Origin: Octopus vulgaris
Taxonomy: Eukaryota
Direction: 5' to 3'
Length of the DNA stretch: 64,000 nt
Assembly (NCBI GenBank): GCA_951406725.2
Contig: OX597831.1
Location: forward strand, 41,044,001 to 41,108,000
In this document: positions 53,610 to 64,000 of the stretch, in pieces
Layout: the number at the start of each line of letters is the position of its first letter
Numbering within the stretch: the stretch's first letter is position 1
The notes under the pieces: generated by a model
Seen by the model: the letters and a program-made list of their open reading frames with translations, nothing else
Databases searched by the model: none
What the model was told of the DNA's origin: nothing
Made by a program: the position numbers and the translations under genes

Positions 53610-53610
<1 letters not shown>
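53089..53610 (+). mobile_element. SINE family A with an extra head separated by (TA)n
   Basis: Head 53089-53169, (TA)n, second copy from 53212. Confidence 0.88.
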
Positions 53611-53640
<30 letters not shown>

Positions 53641-54089
53641 GCACAAGCACATACATACATGCATACGTACGTGCGTACGTACGTACATACATACATACAT
53701 ACATACATACATACATACATACATACATACATACATACATACATACATACATACAAATATGAATTTGTCTGTGTTAATTATATCCCAGAGATGGAGCCTT
53801 GTATCTTTGTTGGAAACCGGCTCCTTCCGCAGTGGATGATCTAGAATATTTGAAAAATAGAAGAGACACACATACAAACAAACTTGCAACCAGTTCAAGT
53901 AAAATCGAGGCTTATTCAAACCTGAAAGAAAACCATTCACTGTGTTTTGTCATGGGGAAAATTTCTCTGTAGACAAATAGTTGCAAGCGCCCCCTAGCCA
54001 AATTGATGAACGCATGCATTTGGGAGTAGATACCTACTCCTTCTCCTCTACATGAAACACTGCGAAGGGACTATGTGTGCGTGTGTACG

Positions 54090-54124
<35 letters not shown>

Positions 54125-54133
54125 ATGTATTAT

Positions 54134-54550
54134 GGAGTGGCTGTGTGGCAAGCAGCTAGCTTACCAACCACATGGTTCCGGGTTCAGTCCCACTGCGTGG
54201 GACCTTGAGCAAGTGTCTTCTACTATAGCCTCGGGCCGACCAAAGCCTTGTGAGTGGATTTGGTAGAAGGAAACTGAAAGAAGCCCGTCGTATGTATGTA
54301 TCTATATGTATGTGTATGTATATGTTTGTGTGTCTGTGTTTGTCACCCCCCCCCCCACATCGCTTGACAACCGATGCTGGTGTGCTTACGTCCTCGTAAT
54401 CTAGCGGTTCAGTAAAAAAAAAAAGAAAAGACCGATAGAATAAGTACTAGGCTTACAAAGAATAAATCCTGGGGTCGATTTGCTCGACCAAAGGCGGTGC
54501 TCCAGCATGACCACAGTCAACTTACTGAAACAAGTAAAAGTGTAAAGAGT
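54134..54550 (+). mobile_element. SINE family A, full length
   Basis: Homology to family. Confidence 0.9.
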
Positions 54551-55218
54551 ATATATATCCGTGTGTGTGTTTGTGTATGTTGTATTATATATGTATATAC
54601 ATAAAGCGATATTTGTCATAGTACGAGATCCTGTTTGACTGGCATCTCCTTTATACCTATTTAATATTAATTAATTCATTAAAACACCAGACAGGGCGGG
54701 GTTTCAAGTTTTGAATACAGCCATGAATATGTAATGCAATATACTTAACTTCTACACAACCTACAAAGTACTTACATGTTTGCACCGCTCTTCCTCTCCG
54801 CGCGTTAAAACCGTTTAATATTTAATTAACCGTTGAGCACTTGGATTGAGTAGTACTTCACTGCGCCCAAGTTTAGCTCTACTTTGTACAACACATTCAT
54901 GTTTTATCGTTTATCTTTCGCTAGTTTCAGACATTGGACTCCAGCCATGCTGGGGTACCGCCTTCAAGAATTTTTAGTCGAACAAACCGGGCCTTGTACT
55001 TTTTTCTTTTTAAGATTTAGTATTAGTTCTGTCGGTTCTTTTAGCTAATACACACACACACACACGCAGATGCATACACACGCATACACATACATACATG
55101 CATACATGCACAAACACACATCAGGTTTCTTTCAGTTTCCCTTTATTAAATCCACTCAGAAGGCTTTGGTCGGCCCGGGGCTATAGTAAGGTGCTGCGCA
55201 TTGCAATCGAACCCAAGT

Positions 55219-55603
55219 GGGAGTGGCTATGTGGTAAGTAGCTTGCTTACCAACCACATGGTTCCGGGTTCAGTCCCACTGTGTGGCATTTTGGGCAACT
55301 GTCTTCTACTATAGCCTCGGGCCGACCAAAGCTTTGTGAGTGTATTTGGTAGACGGAAACTGAAAGAAGCCTGTCGTATATATGTATATGTATATATGTG
55401 TCTGTGTTTGTCCCCCCAACATCGCTTGACAACCGATGCTGGTGTGTTTACGTCCCCGTAACTTAGCAGTTTGGCAAATTAGACCCATAGAATAAGTACT
55501 AGGCTTACAAAGAATAAGTCCTGGGGTCGATTTGCTCGACTAAAGGCGGTGCTCCAGCATGGCCGCAGTCAAGTGACTAAAACAAGTAAAAGAGTAAAAG
55601 AGT
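55219..55603 (+). mobile_element. SINE family A, full length, head-to-head with a degenerate minus-strand copy (~54910-55215)
   Basis: Homology to family. Confidence 0.9.
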
Positions 55604-56058
55604 TGCCCTCCCCCAAAAAAACAGGCGTTATCGGATCTCGGTCGGTTACGACGATGAGTATTTACGTATTGGATCAATGGAATCATCTGATCACCGAATT
55701 AGCATTTAATTAGCCAGTGACGTAGCTAGGCTGAGTGCCACCGTGGTTAACCTTTGAGTTTGCCGTGCCCCCATCCATTCCACCACACCTATGTAGACTT
55801 ATACAGCACACCTCAAAATCTCCGCCCTCACTAAAAGCGTGGCCCGGAGAGGACCACCCCCATTTCACCGTACCCCAAGACTATACAGGCTTATACAGCA
55901 CATCTAAATGTGCTGCTCCATAATAGCGTCGCCCGAGCCGAATCCCTCTTCCTCGCCAACTCTGGCGAAAAAAGAAAGCAGAGAAAATAAAGGACAAGAA
56001 AAGATAATTCACATGCCAGCATTCTTTGTTTTGTCCTCTACTGTCCCATAATGTTTCT

Positions 56059-56451
56059 CGTTAGCATGCCGGGCGAACTGCTTAGCGGTATTTCGTCTGC
56101 CGTTACGTTCTGAGTTCAAATTCCGCCGAGGTCGACTTTGCATTTCATCCTTTCGGGGTCGATAAATTAAGTACTAGTTACGCACGGGGGTCGATATAAT
56201 CGACTTAATCCGTTCGTCTGTCTTTGTTTGTCCTCTCTGTGTTTAGCCCCTTGTGTGTAGTAAAGAAATAGGTATTTCGCATGTCGCTACGTTCTGAGTT
56301 CAAATTCCGGCGAGGTCGACTTTGTCTTTCATACTTTTGAGGTCGATAAATCAAGTACCAGTTGTGTACTGGAGTCGATGTAAACGACTCATCCCCTTCT
56401 CCCAAAATTGCTACCCTTGTGGCAAAACTTGAAACTATTATTATTATTATT

Positions 56452-56483
<32 letters not shown>

Positions 56484-56710
56484 TATTATTATTATTAAGG
56501 CAGCAAGCTGACAGAATCGTTAGCACGCCGGGCCAAATGCTTAGCGGCAGTTTGTCTATCTTTATATTCTCAGTTCAAATTCCACAGAGGTCACCTTTGC
56601 CTGAGATCCTTTCGAGGTCGGTAAATCAAGTACCAGTTAACGCACTGGGGTCAATGTAACCCACTAGTTCCCGCCACAAAATTCCAGGCCTTGTATCTAT
56701 AGCGGAAAGG
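56059..56710 (+). mobile_element. SINE family B dimer (56059-56437) and monomer (56498-56710)
   Basis: Cores at ~56110, 56295, 56570. Confidence 0.85.
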
Positions 56711-56726
56711 CTTATCATCATCATCA

Positions 56727-56782
<56 letters not shown>

Positions 56783-57228
56783 GAAGGTTCACTAGGCACA
56801 TGCATCACACCCATATATGCGCGACATGGTGATCTCATATCAAGGTAAACAGCACATGACCTTGCAGGTGGGGCCCAGTTGGAATTTTCTTCTGGTCAAG
56901 TAACCCATCCCGCTCAGGTCCCTGAATAAGAGTTGTTTAAGGATGTTGAACGAGCCACCCATGTTTCCAGAGGTGAATTATTCAAACCCCAAAGAATCCC
57001 TCTCAACGCATGGCTATGATGCTCCCCCACTACTTCTGCTCGTGATCAGAGATGCACATATCGTCAGCCACTAAGGGACATGCTCAACTGGTTACGGTCA
57101 AACAACTGACAAGCAAATCTGTGGTATTGAGCAGAATATTTGCTGTAGCCCATCTTTTATACCAAGACAAAACAATGTACATGATAACACTTCCAATCAG
57201 TTAAGATCAGAAGCCATGAGAGCCACTG
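56783..57228 (-). mobile_element. Family E element in (ATT)n
   Basis: Homologous to ~41027-41470 reverse complement; (ATT)n both sides. Confidence 0.78.
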
Positions 57229-57231
57229 TTA

Positions 57232-57263
<32 letters not shown>

Positions 57264-57300
57264 TTTATTATCATTATTATTATTATAATATGTTTATTCG

Positions 57301-57505
57301 AGGCGGCGAGCTGTCAGTATCATTAACGTGTCGGACAAAATGTTTGGCAACATTTCACTCGTCCCTATGTTCTGAGCTCAAATTCCGTCGAGGTCGAATT
57401 TGCTTTTATCCTTTCGGAATCGATAAATAAGTACCAATTGAGCACGAGAGTCGACGCAATCGGCTTCCCCTCCCCTCGAAATTTTCGGTCTTGTGCTAGT
57501 ATCAG
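57301..57505 (+). mobile_element. SINE family B, degenerate
   Basis: GGCGGCGAGCTG...GAGCTCAAATTCCGTCGAGGTCGA. Confidence 0.8.
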
Positions 57506-57616
57506 AATATTTTATAAAGTTCAAAATAACATTACAAGATATTCAATTTGAATTCGAACTTATGTCTCTCATTTTCCTCCGCATTCAAAACTGTTTACTC
57601 GAGTTTTTTAGAAATC

Positions 57617-57703
57617 CAAGGAAACCCGAAACATTATTTTCAATGAAAGGAAACCCAAAACATTATTTTCAATGAAAGGAAACCCAATCATTATTTTCAA
57701 TGA
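57617..57703. repeat. ~29-bp tandem repeat, ~3 copies
   Basis: AAGGAAACCCAAAACATTATTTTCAATGA. Confidence 0.85.
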
Positions 57704-58394
57704 CACCAAAACCTATTTTCTTTTAACTAAACCAAAAATAGCTTCTAGTTGTATTGCTGTTTTGCTTAACTGACTACGTATTTATCTATCAGAAGCACTT
57801 TATGTAAACACTACAACTTTACATATCGCAATTACAAATAAAAAAGGTCATATTTCTAATTACGTGCTGTTTGTTGTATTACATTATATTGTTCTGTATC
57901 AAATATTAATAGTTCCTATTTAGTTCATATCATATATATATATATAGCAACTATTTGATTGAAAACAGCTTCCTTGTTCAATAAACACACTTTATGGAAT
58001 ACAATACACATAACATCACATTGAAGCTAAAATACGGAACGTCGTTATATCAAAATTTATTTGTGATTTTTCGGTCTGCTTCAGATGTTCTCAAAACATT
58101 AATTTTCAATGACTAAATAACCTATTTTTCTAAAAAAAAAAAAAAAAATTATCCCAAAATAACTTTAGCAGATTTTATTTCTGCTTTTCCTTGCTGACTA
58201 TACGTTAATCGTATATTAATCCGATACCACTTTAGAGAACATTTATTGCGCCCTATAAATTTTCCCAAGAGCGTTACGTGCTTGGCTAAAAGTACGTGTC
58301 TGAGTTTGTTTGTTTGTTTTTCTGACTTTGTTTTCGAGTGTGTGTGGTTGTATTTCTTTTCTGATTCTACAAAATTGCTCTCAGAAATGTTACA

Positions 58395-58477
58395 GGTGCT
58401 GCCATGGTAGTGTGGTTAAGAAACTCGCTTCGCAAACCACTTGGTTTGTAAGTGAATTTGATAGGCGGAGACCCATC

Positions 58478-58508
<31 letters not shown>

Positions 58509-58775
58509 TGTGTGTGTGTGTGCGTGTGTACGTGCGTGTGTGTGTGTGTGTGTGTGCGTGCGTGCGCATTTGTGTATGTTTGTGTTTGTCTCCCTACCAC
58601 CACTCGGCACTCGCTGTGGGTTCGACTACGTCCTCGTAACTTAGCGGTTCAGCAAAATTGACGGACAGAATAAGTACCAATCTTTAACAGATAATTACTA
58701 GTATCAATTTATTCGACTAAACACTTCAAGGCGCTACCCCAGCATGGCCGCAGTCAAATAACAGTTACAAGTAAA
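58395..58775 (+). mobile_element. SINE family A, degenerate
   Basis: GTAACTTAGCGGTTCAGC, CCAGCATGGCCGCAGTCAAAT. Confidence 0.75.
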
Positions 58776-58964
58776 TGATAAGAAAATACAAGATAAGTTT
58801 TTGTATTATCCACATCTGATATTTATAGAAGTATAATGTGATGGCAGTAGATTATCAGATTCAGTCGGGGCGTCGAACAAAACGTTGTGGTCTTTGTTCG
58901 GGCTTTTTATATTTCGAGCTCAAAATCCCGCCAAGGTCTAGTATGACACAGTCAAGTATTTTCT

Positions 58965-59122
58965 TTTCTACTCAAGGGAAAAGGTCCGAAATTTTGGGGG
59001 AGGGGGCCAGTACGCAACTTGTACTTTATTTATCGACCCCGAAGAGATAAAAGGCAAAGTCGACCACGGCGGAATTTGAACTCAGAACGTAAAGACAGAC
59101 GGAATATCGCTAAGCATTTCGG
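58965..59122 (-). mobile_element. SINE family B, 5' end abutting a GC-rich segment
   Basis: GGCAAAGTCGACCACGGCGGAATTTGAACTCAGAAC. Confidence 0.8.
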
Positions 59123-59486
59123 CGGCGGCGATTTCGACCGCGAGTGTGTTACTCACGCGGCTAAGGCGACGGTCGACGCCAAATGAATTCCTCCAACGGG
59201 GCCGCGGCCGCGTGGTCGTCACCGCCGCTCGGCCGAATGCGCTCTCCGCGGCCGTGCCGTGCACCGCCTGTTCTTCTTTGGTGTTCATTGCTAGTGGAGC
59301 GGCCATGCTTACACTGTAAAGCCAGAAATATGGCGCGATCAGGCTCAAACTTCGATCACGTGACTACAATAGTACCAACTATAAGCGCGCATATGCAGAA
59401 AGCAGTGTGACAATAATAAAGATATGTTATTGTGAAAGAGCGGATAATTTTTGACGTCTCCTCGTATATATATGGATTATTATTTT

Positions 59487-59525
<39 letters not shown>

Positions 59526-59528
<3 letters not shown>

Positions 59529-59957
59529 GGTCTGATCAATAAGTATCCGGACTGTTGCCATAGTAAGGAAGCTAAAGCACGCAGAGTGAAGCCGCTTGGC
59601 AAAGATTGGCCTTGAACTCCGCTGTGCATGCGCAGTAAGTTTAAACGTTCTAGTTCACTTCTACTGTTTACAATAGTGCTTTGAAGGAACGTGTGTAGCG
59701 TGTGATCGTTGCATTGAACATGACGGAGAAAGTTGAGCAGAGAATCTGCATCAAATTTTGCCAAATGCTTGGCGATACTTCTTCAGAGGCCTACACAAAG
59801 TTTTCATCGTCCTCGGCACAATCAAGATCTTGTGCAACTGAAACCCGAGTGTCTTTTTGGTCAGCTGAAAGTAATTTTGGCACAAACTTGGCAGACACAC
59901 GTCTCATACCCAAATCTTCAGTGATAATGGACTGAACTGAACCGTAACTAATCTGCA
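59526..59957. pseudogene. Mariner-family transposon 5' part with internal inversion
   Basis: TA|CATGGTCTGATCAATAAGTATCCGG TIR-like start; + strand MTEKVEQRICIKFCQMLGDTSSEAY from 59720; - strand ISYGSVQSIITEDLGMRRVSAKFVPKLLS (WVPHEL-like linker). Confidence 0.85.
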
Positions 59958-60769
59958 TGTGTGCATTTCCGCCTGCCAAATCCACTTTGGTCGGTCTGGA
60001 GCCATAGTAGAAGACATTTGCCCAAGATACCTCGCATTTGGAGTGCACCAGAAACCGTGTGATGGGGAAACAAACCTCTTACTCTACAGGCTCGTATATG
60101 TATGCTTGGGTGTATCATTTCCCACCTCACTCTGTTTGTCTTTCTGTCTCTCTCTCACTCTCTCTAACTACCTGTTCTCTTCTCCATACTGTATGCCTAG
60201 ATCGTTGTATATATATATATATGTTTGCCTATATTATGAACTCTGTGAGAACGAGATAAACAGCGTGTGAGAGTTAGTGCATGCGTACGCATAAAGGTCT
60301 GTGTGTGCATGTGTGCTTGTGAGCGAGTGGGCACGAATGTGAGACAGGCAGAAACGATAGAAGAGAGAGAGAGGGGAGAGAGAGAGAGAAAGAGACGAAA
60401 GGTGAGAAAGATAGAGGGGTCTACCTTCTTATGAGCAACAGTTTGTGCTAGAAACTCGGCGATCAGATGCAGGTTTTTGCTGGTAGAGACTACTGTATCA
60501 GTAAAACATGACGTTACAGTTTGCAAGACACTGACATCCGTAAACGAAGGCTTATATTAAATAAATATATTAGATATAATATATTAAATAAACAACTAAA
60601 TGAACGTCAAGGAAATCCTTAACGTCGGTTGCCGGCCATCGAAGGAGCCTCTATGTGGTCGCTCGACCTGCAAGAAATAGCAACCAAATTCCCCTTAAGT
60701 CTCATGGTTCTTCTGCCTTAGAAAGTAACACGTTGGATTAGATCCTATCTTTCGTGTGTGTGTGTTCTT

Positions 60770-60965
60770 TTAGCCTTTTCTTGTTTCAGTCCATAGACTG
60801 CGGCCATTCTGGGGCACCTCCTTGAAGTGTTTAGTCGAGCAAATATCGACTACAGTACTTATTTTACAGCCTTGTACTTATTCTATCGGTCTCCTTTGCC
60901 GAACCGCTATTTTACGGGGACGTAAACAAACCATCACCGGTGTCAAGCGGTGTGGGGGTACTAAC
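60770..60965 (-). mobile_element. SINE family A 3' half
   Basis: GTACTTATTCTATCGGTCTCCTTTGCCGAACCGC. Confidence 0.8.
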
Positions 60966-60971
60966 ATCAGC

Positions 60972-61008
<37 letters not shown>

Positions 61009-61727
61009 GTGTGTATGTGTGTGTACGCGCGAGTGCGTGTGCGTGTGCGTGAGTGTATGTATACTTCTGCTTCACAACCCAAAGTTTCGAGTTCAATCTT
61101 CACTGAAGTTGATATTTAAATAACACGAGGAGGACACCCAGGGGTCACTACCCAGGTGACCCCAGCTTCCTAAGAGTGTCAACAACCAATGGAGTGAATC
61201 ACTTGCATGACGGTAGATCTTCCTTTGAAGATGTCAACCGTGGTTCGCTCGCCCCATAGCAAATTTCTGCTCACTGTATTTAGTTAATTAGAGAGCTTAA
61301 GTAGATTAAAATTGTCAAATTTGTTTCAATTACTTAAATTTTCGGAGTTCTCTCCCCTCTGGCTTGCTTAACCCCACTACCACACGCACTAATTCTTTCC
61401 CCCTCGCTTTATTCAGGATCAAAATTTAATTTATTAAAATTCAATCGATTAAAGTTTGGTATCTCACTTCAAAAAGTATATCACCACAGGTTTAACTCTT
61501 CGTTGTTGTTTTTATTTTGTTGTTGTTGCTGTTTTGTTTTTTTACAGAACATGCCCCTGAGAAATTTTCTACCAGTGATTTTCTTTCATCTTTCTCCCCC
61601 CCCCCCCCACACACACACATACGCACGCGTGTGCGCGTGCTTTTGTCGCTATGAAGCTATTTCTCTATTTTTCTTCGTTGGTATGCAGTTCGAGTTGAAT
61701 GTACGTGTGCGTGTATCTATGTGTTTG

Positions 61728-61794
<67 letters not shown>

Positions 61795-62149
61795 ATGTGA
61801 GTGCATCTTTAATTTAAGTTCTTCTTGAGAGAATTCAAGCCGGTTACTAATAAAGCGACAAGACATTCTGGGTTAAGAGTTCCTGGTGTTTGTAAATATA
61901 TTGTTGAGTTGGTGTGTTAGTTGAACTGTCAATGTACACACCCAAGTATGTGCATCTATTCACATAAGAATTTCAGATGCTGAAACTTTGGAATGTCTTA
62001 CAAATCTTCACTGTGCCACTAATAGATTGATTTGGAGAACAAATCAGTAGTTTTTTTGCTCTTTTTCCGTGAACCTGAGTATTCCTAATATTTTGTGTGT
62101 GTATGTATGTATGTATGTATGTATGTATGTATGTATGTATGTGTGTATG

Positions 62150-62472
62150 TCATTATTCGGTTGTATTGCAAGATTTCTTGCCAATAGCGAAAGAGCCGGT
62201 TTCTAACCTAGGTCCAAGGGTCCACTGGAATTTCCACATCAACAACAGGACACTTTTGCATGTATGTTTTGTTTTTATGTATGTCTTCTCATGCATACAC
62301 TTGCATATCTGGACCTGCTCATATATACTTAAATGGTAAACTTCTGGAAAGTTTTACAGATTTTTACAGTTCCAGTGATGGCTTGGATCTGTAGTCTTCG
62401 AATCAGCTTTCTCCTTCCCGGTTTTGAGAAGCCTTATTTCTCAAGATTGGCATGTAGACAGTGAGTTACATC
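62150..62472 (-). pseudogene. Family F LINE 3' end (RLE-type, R4/Dong-like C-terminus + 3' UTR) ending in (TACA)n
   Basis: Minus strand DVTHCLHANLEK*GFSKPGRRKLIRRLQIQAITGTVKICKTFQKFTI* then a UTR homologous to 17873-18222. Confidence 0.7.
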
Positions 62473-62539
<67 letters not shown>

Positions 62540-63134
62540 GTCTATGTCTGTGTCTGTGTCTGTGTCTGTGTGTGTATCACTTTATGGTTAACCATGAAAA
62601 GTCATTTCCTTTGCTGACATGGTATCTCGTAGAATTATTAGTTTATCATGAAGTTCAAAATCTTCAAAAAAGCCATTCACAACAGTCGTGAGCAACCCAG
62701 CATAGGGCGAAACTTAGAGTAGACAGTCTACCATTTGATTTAATTAAAAATACCCATCCGCTTTGCTTAATGTACTGAATTCCCTATCACACAATGTTTA
62801 TACTTTGTAAAGTATATTTAAATATACTTTACAACTATTACATTGATATACATACATACATATGTATGTATACATATACATATACCTATATACAAACATA
62901 CACACCGTCCCACATATTTGAAAAGGGGTTTTAAAAAAAAGATAGAAATATATAACCTGTGTTCGTCCAGGATCTGACCTAAATATTAAAAAAAAAAAAA
63001 AGCAGTTTTCAGTCATGTGAATGACACAGTTGCAAAGAAAATATTTATTCTGCACAACAGGAATGCTAAAACTATTCACTAAATTTTGAGAATTTTTGTT
63101 CCTCTTGGTGTATGCTTACGTGCGATTGTTTCTA

Positions 63135-63220
<86 letters not shown>

Positions 63221-63236
63221 TGCGTTTGCATGTGTT

Positions 63237-63287
<51 letters not shown>

Positions 63288-63546
63288 TTATATATGTCTA
63301 TGTATGTATGTAAGTGTGGTAAGAAGCTTGCTTCCCAACCACATGGTTCTGGCTTCTGACAAAAGAGCTTAGACAAAGGATACTGAAATAATATTAGTAA
63401 TAATGATAATAGATCTGAAGTGAAGACCAAAGTATACAGTGCGTGTGTTTTATTGGCAAAAATATGACCATCCCCAAATATAACACATCTGTTTCAACAA
63501 ACAGTCCCACACGATTTCACATCAGGAATCTTGCAAATATATATAT

Positions 63547-63716
63547 ATGTAGGCACAGGTGTGATTTGTGTGGAAAGAAGCTTGCCTCCCAACCGCATGG
63601 TTCTGGGTTCAGCCCCACTGCTTTGCACCTTCGGCAAGTGTCTTCTACTAAAGAATCGGAGCGACCAAGTTGACCTTCTGAGCGGATTTGGTAGACGGAA
63701 ACTGAAACAAGTACGT

Positions 63717-63718
<2 letters not shown>
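63547..63718 (+). mobile_element. SINE family A 5' half, degenerate
   Basis: GGTTCTGGGTTCAGCCCCACTGC...GGATTTGGTAGACGGAAACTG. Confidence 0.8.
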
Positions 63719-63761
<43 letters not shown>

Positions 63762-63960
63762 GGTGTCCTGTACACACGTATACATATTTATATATGCAAG
63801 TATATATACATGTAGATGTAGGTACGTACATATATGTTTGTATGTATGCATATATTTTATTTATTACACTATTGTTTGACTGAGCACCCTCGCATCGATT
63901 CGATTCGTTTCGTTTCGTTTCGTTTCTTCTTCTTCTCTAAGCTGGTTTATATATATATAC

Positions 63961-64000
<40 letters not shown>

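Noticed and set aside
53983-54000. CTCF-like motif AGCGCCCCCTAGCCA
   Set aside because: Single motif match with no supporting context
61140-61245. Possible third mariner remnant (DGRSSFEDVNRG) and small hairpin GGGGTCAC/GTGACCCC
   Set aside because: Too short and degenerate to support

Overview
A eukaryotic, AT-rich, repeat-saturated, apparently non-coding (intergenic or intronic) window. The SINE families and extreme (TA)n/(CA)n/(TACA)n/(AAT)n microsatellite load look like a cephalopod (Octopus-type) genome; that is inference, not a database match. No intact host gene can be supported, and nearly all ORFs in the track are microsatellite read-through. Content: four tRNA-derived SINE families (labelled A-D here, roughly 40 copies, sharing and swapping modules); decayed RTE and R4/Dong-like LINE fragments; two microsatellite-associated non-LTR families, one in (AAT)n and one in (TACA)n; two mariner remnants; two hAT-type MITEs; two non-autonomous Helitrons (one keeps the Pif1-helicase C-terminus); a 22/66-bp higher-order minisatellite; and several Penelope-like terminal fragments in (TA)n carrying minimal type-I hammerhead-ribozyme (HHR) motifs. 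The best candidate for an undescribed system is 44047-45921: a young, non-coding 642-bp unit present as two tandem copies plus an inverted partial copy. Each copy carries an atypical type-I hammerhead motif and a 3' pseudoknot, making it a candidate retrozyme or non-autonomous Penelope-like element that could yield a 642-nt self-cleaved (circular) RNA.
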